A stretch of 63,690 bases of DNA, counting the filler, from Octopus bimaculoides (lineage: Eukaryota): assembly GCF_001194135.2 (NCBI RefSeq). It is 4 parts of 4 records of this genome, joined end to end, with 100 filler letters (N's around TTAATTAATTAA, not from the genome) between each part and the next. Parts side by side here need not be neighbours in the genome. Positions count along the whole stretch, not along the records: positions 37,894 to 61,313 come from NC_068985.1; 3 more parts are not named here. One strand, given 5' to 3'. Shown piece by piece: positions 39,583 to 51,292 of this stretch. Numbering within the stretch: position 1 is the stretch's first letter; each line of letters opens with the position of its first letter. The translations under genes were made by a program, and so were the position numbers. The notes beneath the pieces are model-generated. The model was not told the origin of the DNA, did not search any database, and worked only from the letters and a program-made list of their open reading frames with translations.

Positions 39583-39788
39583 TAGGGGTTCTCAACCATT
39601 TTAAATTCTGGACCAGGGCTAAAACATGGAATTTTTAAGGGGTCGTGCCAAAAAAAAATAATAAAAAAATAAGGAAAACACAAGTCAAAGAAACATTTAT
39701 TACATTTATATCGACAAGACCGTCGGGGCCGCTAGAAGGGTGCTTGAGGGTTACAGGCAGCCACGGGAGCTGTGGTTGGGAACCACTG
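39583..39788. mobile_element. hAT-like MITE
   Basis: Terminal inverted repeats TAGGGGTTCTCAACC and GGTTGGGAACCACTG. Confidence 0.65.
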
Positions 39789-40376
39789 GCATAGGAGCAC
39801 TTTCATTATATCGTAGTTAATTAAACGGATAGACATCATAACTTTCTTTTACACAACATACATCTACAAGCAGGGGGCCATATTACCATTCCAACATTCT
39901 GTGATAAATAGTAAGAGGTTGGCGGTGTAGTGTGCCACTGTGAAGATGTCGAACTTCCTCCGCTGTCTTCACTGTTTCACGATGCAGTTGTTTAACCCAA
40001 GGTCAACACTTATCAAGAAGATCTATGGAAACGGATGTCGCAGACGTGACCATTCTCTTATAATTTCAAGCAAATATATCGAATACAGTTTCCAATGCAT
40101 TTTTCCTATTTTAAAAGTAGAGTAAGTTGAAGTGTGTAAGTTGAAGGAGATTTGGTTGCCATTTCTAGCGGGTCTTACAACCATGTACACACACAAAGTC
40201 TTCATTGATTCGACTTTTGTCGATTAATGTCTAAAGGGAAAATTATATCTATGTATACATGAGATTTTTTTTTGTGTCTGTATGAGCGTTTGTATTGATA
40301 TATATATGTACACGTATATCTACATACACTCATATATATGCATATATACATACATGCATACATACATATATATACA

Positions 40377-40412
<36 letters not shown>

Positions 40413-40806
40413 TTCATATATATGCCTGTGTATATATATGAGCAAAGTAAGCACATATATAGATGTGTGTATGTGTGTATGTGTGTGTGAGTACGTGTGT
40501 GTGTGTGTATGTATGAGTGTGTGTATGTGTTGTGTATGTGCTGTGTATGTGTCTACATGACGTATATTCACTAAAATCATTAAATTGCTTTGTGCCGTCA
40601 GTTTTTCAAACAATCACATTTACTTCTACTTGCGCTAGTCATAGATTACAATATAATATCGGAATTTACTACTGAACGTCTTTCCTTCCTTCTTTCTTCC
40701 TTTTTTCCTTTCTTTCTTTCTTTCTTTCTCATGATTCTCTTCTTAGTTTTATTCATTTAGTGTGTTCCATTTATATGGGCGTATTGTGGCGTAGCACACA
40801 CACACA

Positions 40807-40872
<66 letters not shown>

Positions 40873-41225
40873 NNNNNNNNNNNNNNNNNNNNNNNNNNNN
40901 NNNNNNNNNNNNNNNNNNNNNNNNNNNNNNNNNNNNNNNNNNNNNNNNNNNNNNNNNNNNNNNNNNNNNNNNNNNNNNNNNNNNNNNNNNNNNNNNNNNN
41001 NNNNNNNNNNNNNNNNNNNNNNNNNNNNNNNNNNNNNNNNNNNNNNNNNNNNNNNNNNNNNNNNNNNNNNNNNNNNNNNNNNNNNNNNNNNNNATAATAC
41101 ATACATATATACATATATATATACATATATGTCTGTATGTATGTATGATTGAATGGGTGTATGTATGTGTTTCAGTGTGTGAGTCTATATACACACATAC
41201 ATGTATCTCTGTATGTATTCATACA

Positions 41226-41269
<44 letters not shown>

Positions 41270-42773
41270 AAGCATGCTCTTCAAAAGAGGAGTCTCAAAA
41301 GAGCCTCTAGCAACAAAATTTAGTTCCTGGCTTTCTCGTGCGCCTTCGAGCCGAAGTCTCTCGTAAGTCGTTTATTGGTAGAAAAAAGAGGAGAAATCCG
41401 ACAAGCTTTGTAAAAATAAGCTTAGGGTGGTTGGAATTATCTGCCTGAGAAGGTAGCTGATCTAAGAACAGCAAAATTAATTTCAAGCCATTGATATCAC
41501 ATGGCCATACCTTCTCGCGTGTAACCCGAATGCACATATTCAGCTGGGGTTCCAAGGCACTCATTGTGACAGCCTGTGCGACATCATTGTTGATATCGTA
41601 TGTTGGGAAAAGCTCTTCTCTGGGATAAGACCAGTAGCTTAAACAAGAGGAACATTCCGCATTCGGAAATGCGTAAAACTTTGACTCTGCTTTCGCCATA
41701 TAAAGGACAACCCAGCGTTGTCTCATAACAGTTCAACAGGGAAATCACTAATCTTACTTACCTGAGGACTACAACAGCTTTAATAGATACTAATCTATCA
41801 AGGGTGGATTGGCACAAAACGTTTCAAGTGCAGATCGATCACCAGAGGTGACTAAAACATATCTACATATNNNNNNNNNNNNNNNNNNNNNNNNNNNNNN
41901 NNNNNNNNNNNNNNNNNNNNNNNNNNNNNNNNNNNNNNNNNNNNNNNNNNNNNNNNNNNNNNNNNNNNNNNNNNNNNNNNNNNNNNNNNNNNNNNNNNNN
42001 NNNNNNNNNNNNNNNNNNNNNNNNNNNNNNNNNNNNNNNNNNNNNNNNNNNNNNNNNNNNNNNNNNNNNNNNNNNNNNNNNNNNNNNNNNNNNNNNNNNN
42101 NNNNNNNNNNNNNNNNNNNNNNNNNNNNNNNNNNNNNNNNNNNNNNNNNNNNNNNNNNNNNNNNNNNNNNNNNNNNNNNNNNNNNNNNNNNNNNNNNNNN
42201 NNNNNNNNNNNNNNNNNNNNNNNNNNNNNNNNNNNNNNNNNNNNNNNNNNNNNNNNNNNNNNNNNNNNNNNNNNNNNNNNNNNNNNNNNNNNNNNNNNNN
42301 NNNNNNNNNNNNNNNNNNNNNNNNNNNNNNNNNNNNNNNNNNNNNNNNNNNNNNNNNNNNNNNNNNNNNNNNNNNNNNNNNNNNNNNNNNNNNNNNNNNN
42401 NNNNNNNNNNNNNNNNNNNNNNNNNNNNNNNNNNNNNNNNNNNNNNNNNNNNNNNNNNNNNNNNNNNNNNNNNNNNNNNNNNNNNNNNNNNNNNNNNNNN
42501 NNNNNNNNNNNNNNNNNNNNNNNNNNNNNNNNNNNNNNNNNNNNNNNNNNNNNNNNNNNNNNNNNNNNNNNNNNNNNNNNNNNNNNNNNNNNNNNNNNNN
42601 NNNNNNNNNNNNNNNNNNNNNNNNNNNNNNNNNNNNNNNNNNNNNNNNNNNNNNNNNNNNNNNNNNNNNNNNNNNNNNNNNNNNNNNNNNATATGTGTGT
42701 TCCGAACTACTAACCTATCTATCTAACTACCCATCGGTCTGTCTGTCTCTCTGCCTGTCAGTCTTATTGCCTG

Positions 42774-42834
<61 letters not shown>

Positions 42835-43458
42835 AAAATATATATTCGGCTCCTACTCTTTCAGTCACATCCTACATTTGCCATACGTGTGTATATACGT
42901 AAAGAGATTAATTTATTGGAGCAGAGTACATTATTTCATGTTTGCTTTCCTCAGCAAGAACTCATGCACACACACTACATACACGCATTTTATATTATAT
43001 GATCTCAAATATTCATATAAACAGATCTATACGTATAGCTTGTATATATAATATACTCTACGAATTAATTTAATACGTTATGCTAAATCACGTCACTATG
43101 TAGTTAACAATTTATGGTTAGCATTTACGGGCGGTGTGTAGATGTTTATTTTGTCTACCATTGCGTTTTCCTTTGTGGTAGATTTGTATAGGTGCACACA
43201 AATACACACATATTCATGTAGAAAGATGTCTACATACATGTATACAAACATATGTGTATATATATACTTACACATATGTGTATATACATACACACCCATA
43301 AACGTACACATATGTATCGGTATGTATATAAGTTACATACTAAAAGAAAGTGTAGTAATAAACAACATATATACACCTACACAGTTGTAAATAATATACA
43401 TAAATTTTATAACTTTATCTCAGCTTATACACACACATGTATGTATATATACATGCAT

Positions 43459-43809
43459 AGGAGCAGGCGTAGCTGTGTGGTAAGAAGTTTGCTTCCCAAC
43501 CGTATGGTTTTGGGTTCAATCTCCCAAAGCGTGGCACATTGGGCAAGAGTCTTGTCATTACAGCCGACCAAAGCCTTGTAAGTGGATTCGGTAGACGGAA
43601 ACTGAATGAGCCCCGTCTTATGTATGTATGTATGTATAAGAATGACTAAATTTTCTAAATAAATACTCGTAAAGATATTATTATTATTATTATTATTATT
43701 TTCACCGGCAAATGTGAATAATTGATACTAACTATAGCAATAACATTATTGGTTAAGTTGAAGGTTTTTATCTCCACTCTTTTTCGTCTACCCTCTAACG
43801 TAATTAAGA

Positions 43810-43867
<58 letters not shown>

Positions 43868-44150
43868 TTATATATATGTACATACATACACACATACATA
43901 CACACACACATATGTATATCTACGTGTGTCTGTGTCTTTGTGTCATCTGTGTTTGTTCCCTATCACTGCTTGACAGCCAGTGCTGGTGCGTTTAAGTCTC
44001 CTGTGAGCTAGTGGTTCAGCAAAACGTACCGATAAAATAGGTACCAGTCTTTAAAATGCTAAGTCGTGGGATGGATCTGTTTGACTAAAATCCTTCAAAG
44101 ATGTGCCCCAGCATGGCACCTGTCTAAATACTGAAACAGTTAAAAGATTT
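43459..44150 (+). mobile_element. Family A SINE with an expanded or interrupted central microsatellite region
   Basis: Head AGGAGCAGGCGTAGCTGTGTGGTAAGAAG at 43459-43620. Tail at 43925-44150. Confidence 0.75.
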
Positions 44151-44640
44151 AAAAATACACACACATATATCCTTCTGTGTGCGTTGCGTGTGTACACGCC
44201 CTCGTGTGTGTAGGTGTCTGTGTTTTATACTTGTACATGCTCTTAAATGGTTGGATATTTGAAGTATTGTAGTCGATGGCACTGAAACTTTTAGCTATGT
44301 TTGCTACAACTACGGACGTACACGTCTATGTATTTGCAGTTTTACGGTAATACATGCTTCCTTGTACAAATATCGGATATCTCGTAACTAAGAATTACTC
44401 CTGTATCGCTAGAAGTATCAAATGCCAATATTCCATTGCCTGTGCAAATATTTCATAAGTTTCTCTATTATGTATTTGTCTAGCCATGTAAGAGGAGACT
44501 GGAATTATTCTTTGTTTACTTTTCTTCTGTAATCTTCATTCATTTATCGTAAAATGTGGTTTTACTAAATTCAAAGTTAGCAAAATTTTGATGGAATGAT
44601 GTTTTTAAACCACTTTTTAAAAACATAAACTTTTCTTCTT

Positions 44641-44671
<31 letters not shown>

Positions 44672-44710
44672 TTATTATTATTATTATTATTGTTGTTGTT
44701 GTTGTTGTTT

Positions 44711-44748
<38 letters not shown>

Positions 44749-44784
44749 CTAGTCAGTCATGGCTGTATAGTTTGAAACTTCCTT

Positions 44785-44915
44785 CCGAGTCTCATGGTTG
44801 CGGGATCAGTCCCACTGCGCGGCACCTTATGCAAACATATTTTACTCTAGCCTCGGGCCGACCAAAGTCTTGCAACTGAAAATGGTAGGCGGAAACCAAA
44901 AGAAGCCCGTTGCAT

Positions 44916-44946
<31 letters not shown>

Positions 44947-45150
44947 CGTGTGTGTGTGCGTGTGTGTGTGTGTATACATGTCTGTTCCCAACCACCGCTT
45001 TTATTTACGTCTCCGTTACTTAACGGTTCGTCAATAGGATCCGATAGAATAGGTGTCAGGGTTAAAGCATAAGTACTATTGTCGATTCGTTCGACTAAAA
45101 ATTCTTCAAGGCCGTGCTCCAGCATTGCCGCAGCTTAATGGCTGGAACAA
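44785..45150 (+). mobile_element. Family A SINE
   Basis: ATCAGTCCCACTGCGCGGCACCTT...GCTCCAGCATTGCCGCAG. Confidence 0.75.
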
Positions 45151-45850
45151 GGACAGGACAGTTTCCTTCGTGGAACTACCAAGTCTAACTATATTTTGAA
45201 ACGGCAACTCTAAACTACAAAAGCAACATCTGGACATTTCTACAAATATATTGTTTTTCCCACTAAGAACAGTTATTTGAAGTACTTTTTGTAGAAAACT
45301 GGCAGTTTCATTAAAGGGTTAATGTGGTAGATTTTTTGCTTAGAAAAGCGGTTTTATAACCATACGTGGGCCACAATTAAAAAGGATTGATAAACGTGTG
45401 AAGACTGCATTTTTGCTTCTATTAAAAATATCAAATTTTGAAAATTTGGCAATATATTCCAACTTTAATGGAGTAGAAAGATTAAAGGAATACGTAATTA
45501 CAGAATGATCTATTTGCATAATGGTAAAGTCAATAGATTATATGAAGCTGCCATTAATACGTATAATCGCTTTGTTTTGAATTCTGCTATAAGTATATTT
45601 AAAAATAAAAGCCTCCTTGGAATACTGGAATGCGTTGAATGAAATAAACACTCATGAATATAAGAGACAACCATATTTCACAGTTAAGTCCCTTAAAGTC
45701 AATTCGAAAACAACAATATTAAATTCACTGACTCGTCTAAATAGATCATGTTTATTATTAGTAAAAGATATTAAATAGAGTCCTCTATAACATTAAATAT
45801 ATTTCATTTTAATCGTTTGAAATAATACCGTAATCTGTAAGAAAGGAATT

Positions 45851-46175
45851 TGCCCAAGGTGCCATGCAATGGGACTGAACTCAGAAGCATGTGGTTCGAA
45901 AGCAAATTTCTTACCACACAGCCAATTTTTATTTTAATGACTCTTTATTGTCTGTTACTCTTTTATTCGTTTATTTGTTTCGGTCATTTGACTGCAGCCA
46001 TGTTGGAGCACCGCCTTCAGTCGAACAAATCGACCCCAGGACTTATTCTTTGTAAACTTGGTACTTATTCTATCAGTCTCTTGTGCCGAACCGCTATGAT
46101 ATGGGATCGTAAACACACCAGCATTGGTTGTCGTGCGATGGTGGGGGGACAAACACACACACACACATACACACA
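45851..46175 (-). mobile_element. Family A SINE pieces: a head fragment (45851-45925) and the tail of a second copy (45960-46175)
   Basis: TTGCCCAAGGTGCC...CTTACCACACAGCC, followed by GGTCATTTGACTGCAGCCATGTTGGAGCACC. Confidence 0.75.
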
Positions 46176-46751
46176 NNNNNNNNNNNNNNNNNNNNNNNNN
46201 NNNNNNNNNNNNNNNNNNNNNNNNNNNNNNNNNNNNNNNNNNNNNNNNNNNNNNNNNNNNNNNNNNNNNNNNNNNNNNNNNNNNNNNNNNNNNNNNNNNN
46301 NNNNNNNNNNNNNNNNNNNNNNNNNNNNNNNNNNNNNNNNNNNNNNNNNNNNNNNNNNNNNNNNNNNNNNNNNNNNNNNNNNNNNNNNNNNNNNNNNNNN
46401 NNNNNNNNNNNNNNNNNNNNNNNNNNNNNNNNNNNNNNNNNNNNNNNNNNNNNNNNNNNNNNNNNNNNNNNNNNNNNNNNNNNNNNNNNNNNNNNNNNNN
46501 NNNNNNNNNNNNNNNNNNNNNNNNNNNNNNNNNNNNNNNNNNNNNNNNNNNNNNNNNNNNNNNNNNNNNNNNNNNNNNNNNNNNNNNNNNNNNNNNNNNN
46601 NNNNNNNNNNNNNNNNNNNNNNNNNNNNNNNNNNNNNNNNNNNNNNNNNNNNNNNNNNNNNNNNNNNNNNNNNNNNNNNNNNNNNNNNNNNNNNNNNNNN
46701 NNNNNNNNNNNNNNNNNNNNNNNNNNNNNNNNNNNNNNNNNNNNNNNNNNN

Positions 46752-46861
<110 letters not shown>

Positions 46862-46869
46862 TAATATTA

Positions 46870-47440
46870 TTATTTCTGTTTATCACAGATTTCGTTGGAG
46901 CTTCTAGTCTTGCATGCGTTGCGGGCTTACTACCTGCAGCCTACGGTACCATGCTATCTCGTTGTTGTTTTCAGCTGTTTAATACTTTCCTGATTATTCT
47001 GGCCGTGCCAAAGAGGCAAAAGTTCTGTTACACTTCTACTGGGCACTCTATTTCAATTTCCTTTATATTCCTCTTGATGCCTTCTGATACTGTTTCCAAA
47101 GACCCATCAATAATTGGCACTATCTTCACCCTCTTTATTTTCCATAGCCGGACTATTTCGTACTTAAGAAGGTTGTATCTATTTATCTTTTCGCCTTCTT
47201 TCTTGCCTATTCGTGGGTCAAAGGGCGGTGCAGCATCAACTATATAGCATATGTGGTGCACCTTGTCCACCACCACGAGGTCCGGTCTGTTATGCGCTAG
47301 CACCTGATTTGTTTCGATTGGGAAATCCCAGAGGATTTTGCTAGTCCCCGACTCCGCCACTCTCTGCGGTTTGTGCTCATATGACGTCTTGCCTCTCTCT
47401 AGCCCCAATTTTTCGCACTTTCCAATGTAACACTTTCTCT
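46870..47440 (-). mobile_element. R4/Dong-clade RLE endonuclease C-terminus and 3' UTR
   Basis: KILWDFPIETNQVLAHNRPDLVVVDK...IVDAAPPFDPRIGKKEGEKINRYNLL...IVPIIDGSLE...GTARIIRKVL*. Abuts an (ATT)n/(GTT)n tract. Confidence 0.88.
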
Positions 47441-47479
47441 ATCCGATCGTGTCGCCACAACTTGTGGTTTTCGGCAAGT

Positions 47480-47636
47480 CTAGAGCACGTGGGTCTGAGT
47501 TCAGTCCTACTGCGTGACACCTCCTGCAAGTGTCTTCCATATCCTCGGGTCAGCTAAGGTCTTGTTAGTGAATGTGGTAGGCAGGAACTAAAAAAAAAGC
47601 CCATCGTATGTGTGTGTGGGTGTGGGNNNNNNNNNN

Positions 47637-47678
<42 letters not shown>

Positions 47679-47840
47679 CTCCCCCACCACTGCTTGATAA
47701 CAGGTATTTGTGTGCTTACACACCGTAACTTAGCGGTCAGGTTTTAGAATAAACACTGGGGTCAGTTCATTCGCGTAAAAATTCTTCAAGGTGCTCTAGC
47801 ATGGCTGCAGTCTAATAACTGGAGCAAGTAAAAGATAAAA
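47480..47840 (+). mobile_element. Old family A SINE
   Basis: GAGTTCAGTCCTACTGCGTGACACCTCCTGCAAGTGTCTT, (TG)n and tail. Confidence 0.7.
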
Positions 47841-48036
47841 AATGAATTAATAAATCACCGTATGCATGAAGGACAACTAGAACTAAAACGATGACTTGCC
47901 TATAAATTTTTCATACGATCTGGTAGATGCAAATGTGAATATGCTAATCGCTGTTGTGTTTCATCACATGACAAAAGCTTCTCCTTTACGACAAATTTAT
48001 ATTCATAGCAAACTCGATTTATTGGTACAAGGGATT

Positions 48037-48079
48037 CTAGGACACCGGTGTTTCGACATCTTTGTGTCTTGTCAGCCGG
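48037..48079 (-). ncRNA. Minimal type-I hammerhead fold, core G8 mutated
   Basis: Minus strand reads CCGG-CTGACAA-GACA(CAAAGA)TGTC-GAAA-CACCGGTG-TC-CTAG. GUC site and palindromic stem III. Confidence 0.7.
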
Positions 48080-48446
48080 AAGCACCCGCAGAATAGTAAA
48101 TCTAACAAGAACCAATAGTCTTCTTTATATAATTTCAGCAAAGTAATTACTCATAATTAATTTACATGTTTTGGGAAAGAAAAGCCCAAATAATGTATTC
48201 TATCTTCTTTGCTGTTTTGTTTTTACATTTTGTTGTCTTTCATTTATGAGCTTTTCGTTTTCTAAGGGTAGGTAATATAAATATAATTCTCGTTGAAACG
48301 TGATCGACTAAAATTTCTTTACAATAAACATTCTTAAATGTGAAAATTTGGTCAAGAGAATTATTATATATATTGGAGTGTTACCCGAGACATTACAGGT
48401 AAGTTTGAAAGTATGTTTTTGCCGCTATAGGTAATATATATAGGTA

Positions 48447-48485
<39 letters not shown>

Positions 48486-49576
48486 ACCAATGTTAATTCT
48501 CTAAATGAAGTATTAACAGTAACTGCACGATAAAGTGTAGTATATTGCCACTTAAGTGTGGCTGACCCCTAGGGGTGGATGTTACTGTTGCTTTTAGCCC
48601 CAGGAGGACATCTCCTCCAGCTGGCTTATCGACACACGACTGTGTCCNNNNNNNNNNNNNNNNNNNNNNNNNNNNNNNNNNNNNNNNNNNNNNNNNNNNN
48701 NNNNNNNNNNNNNNNNNNNNNNNNNNNNNNNNNNNNNNNNNNNNNNNNNNNNNNNNNNNNNNNNNNNNNNNNNNNNNNNNNNNNNNNNNNNNNNNNNNNN
48801 NNNNNNNNNNNNNNNNNNNNNNNNNNNNNNNNNNNNNNNNNNNNNNNNNNNNNNNNNNNNNNNNNNNNNNNNNNNNNNNNNNNNNNNNNNNNNNNNNNNN
48901 NNNNNNNNNNNNNNNNNNNNNNNNNNNNNNNNNNNNNNNNNNNNNNNNNNNNNNNNNNNNNNNNNNNNNNNNNNNNNNNNNNNNNNNNNNNNNNNNNNNN
49001 NNNNNNNNNNNNNNNNNNNNNNNNNNNNNNNNNNNNNNNNNNNNCACTTCCGTTTCTGCTTTTATGAGTGTGTGTGTATGTAAGTGTGTGTGTGAATGCG
49101 TGAGTATGTGTGTATATGTGTGTGTATGTGTATGTGTGCGTATGTGTGTGTATGTGTTTGTATGTGCATATATGTGTGTATGTGTGTGAGTATGTTAATA
49201 TGTATGTATGTGTGTATGTGTGTGTATGTGTATGTATGGGTATGCATGTGTATCTGTATCTGTGTGTGTGTGTGTGTGTGTGGTTCCTTCACTGATTGTC
49301 TGCTGCCACTAATGATGGTTCGGGCACCCACCCATCCTGAGCCACTTAGTTTAACACTGTATCTCCCTTTTACCTACTGCCCCCTCTCTCTTTCTTTCTC
49401 TCTACAAGAAGTAAAGCGTGATTGGCCAACCAACCAACCGACCAGCCAACCAGCCAACCAGATTCATGCGTATCGGCTGTTATTGTCAAACGGACATTAT
49501 ATTCCTGTTTGAGGAGACGAGAAAAACAGCAGGTATCCAGTTCACTACTGTTTATATAAGCCGTATAGCGTTTAAT

Positions 49577-49959
49577 GTGGAGGCGCAATGGCCCATTGGT
49601 TAGGATAGCGGACTCGTAGTCGTAGGATCGCGGTTTTGATTTCAAGACCGGGCGTTGTGAGTGTTGAGCGAAAACACCTAAATTTCCACGAGGCTCCGAC
49701 AGGGGATGGTGGCGAACCCTGCTCTATTCTTTCACCACAACTATCTCTCAATCTTTCTTCCTGTTTCTCTTGTACCTGTATTTCAAAGGGCCAGCCTTGT
49801 CACACTCTGTGTCACGCTGAATATCCCCCGAGAACTACGTTAAGGGTACACGTGTCTGTGGAGTGCTCAGCCACTTGTACATTAATTTCAGGAGCAGGCT
49901 GTTCCGTTGATCGGATCGACTGGAACGCTCATCGTCGTGACCGACGGAGTGCCGTAGTA
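49577..49959 (+). mobile_element. Family C tRNA-derived SINE, full length, with 12-bp TSD
   Basis: GTGGAGGCGCAATGGCCCATTGGTTAGG (A-box-like) and GGTTTTGATTTC (B-box-like). TSD ATAGCGTTTAAT at 49565-49576 and 49960-49971. Confidence 0.9.
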
Positions 49960-50015
49960 ATAGCGTTTAATCATTCACAGAAATGCATACACACATACAT
50001 ATATACATAGGCGTA

Positions 50016-50069
<54 letters not shown>

Positions 50070-50223
50070 NNNNNNNNNNNNNNNNNNNNNNNNNNNNNNN
50101 NNNNNNNNNNNNNNNNNNNNNNNNNNNNNNNNNNNNNNNNNNNNNNNNNNNNNNNNNNNNNNNNNNNNNNNNNNNNNNNNNNNNNNNNNNNNNNNNNNNN
50201 NNNNNNNNNNNNNNNNNNNNNNN

Positions 50224-50265
<42 letters not shown>

Positions 50266-50283
50266 TGATAGATAAATAGATAA

Positions 50284-50321
<38 letters not shown>

Positions 50322-50863
50322 GTGTGTGTGTGTGTGTGTGCCAGATCTAGTCTCTTTCATTTGCAAAATAAGCTCCCTTTAATTTCGCTCAGATTGCTTT
50401 CAATGTTGATGTATCGATGCAAGCAGGCATTAAGAGGTTGTTACCATGATAACCGCACGGTGTGTTGCGTTCCATCTGCATGTCGTCTTGATTCTTCACA
50501 CCACGAGATTTTCTTCACCCGCGTGTTTTGTTTTAATAAAAATATTTAGTTATCGATTAGAATTTTATTACAGATATTTTTTGTCAGTTGTCTTAATATT
50601 TTACATATTTTTCATATATAGCAAAAGCTATTTGCGATGTTTCGTGGCATTATGTAGCTGAATGGAACATATAAACTTACTACAGATAATTTGACGTTAT
50701 TTTTTAATGCCACACGGATTCTATACATGGATATTTACTGTTGGAATGGAACTATACTCTTAGTAATTTTTCTTCTTTGTTTTTTTTTCTTTTTGCATCG
50801 CTCTCATTTCTTACTGCAAATCTCCTCATACAGATGTAATAATCCTTATCTTCTACTATCACC

Positions 50864-50912
50864 GTCTCCGATGAAGGGATACATTGAATTTTCCCTGAAA
50901 CAGCTGTAAGAC
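50864..50912 (+). ncRNA. Minimal type-I hammerhead ribozyme, CCGAUGA core variant (best-preserved copy)
   Basis: GTCT-CCGATGA-AGGGA(12 nt)TCCCT-GAAA-CAGCTG-TA-AGAC. All three stems pair and the site is GUA. Confidence 0.85.
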
Positions 50913-51124
50913 ATTATACATAAAATATAAATTTACTTATGCCATTGGTCTCTTAATGTCATTCTTTTTTATATATACACACGCTAATACACGACCCATG
51001 TTATACTCCCCATTCATGTTACAACCACATCTAGGGCAAAACTAGTCGGTATACAGCACTTACTCGGTATTACCTGTATCATTAGGGTCTGGTTGACTCC
51101 ATTACCCTTCATAACCTTTATATG

Positions 51125-51292
51125 TATATGCGGCGAGCGGCTTTCAGTTTCCGTCTGCCAAATTCACTCACAAGGCTTTGGCCGGCTCGAGGCTATAGTA
51201 GTAGACACTTTTCCCAATGTGCCACGCAGTGAGACTGAACCTGTAAGTATGTGGTTGGCAAGCAAGCTTCTAACCATACAGCCACGCCTGTA
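51125..51292 (-). mobile_element. Family A SINE, 5' half
   Basis: CAGTTTCCGTCTGCCAAATTCACTCACAAGGC...CATACAGCCACGCCTG. Confidence 0.8.

Noticed and set aside
41300-41870. 139-aa minus-strand ORF and a strong CAG/GTAAGT donor at about 41760
   Set aside because: All frames upstream of the donor contain stops, and the ORF has no recognisable domain. It may be an old LINE remnant.
48355-48404. Possible 42-nt plus-strand exon ending CAG/GTAAGT
   Set aside because: The acceptor is weak (AAG with no polypyrimidine tract), and such short open frames are expected by chance.
49577-49650. tRNA-like sequences at SINE heads
   Set aside because: They have A/B-box-like motifs but no complete cloverleaf and continue into SINE bodies, so they are not called as tRNA genes.
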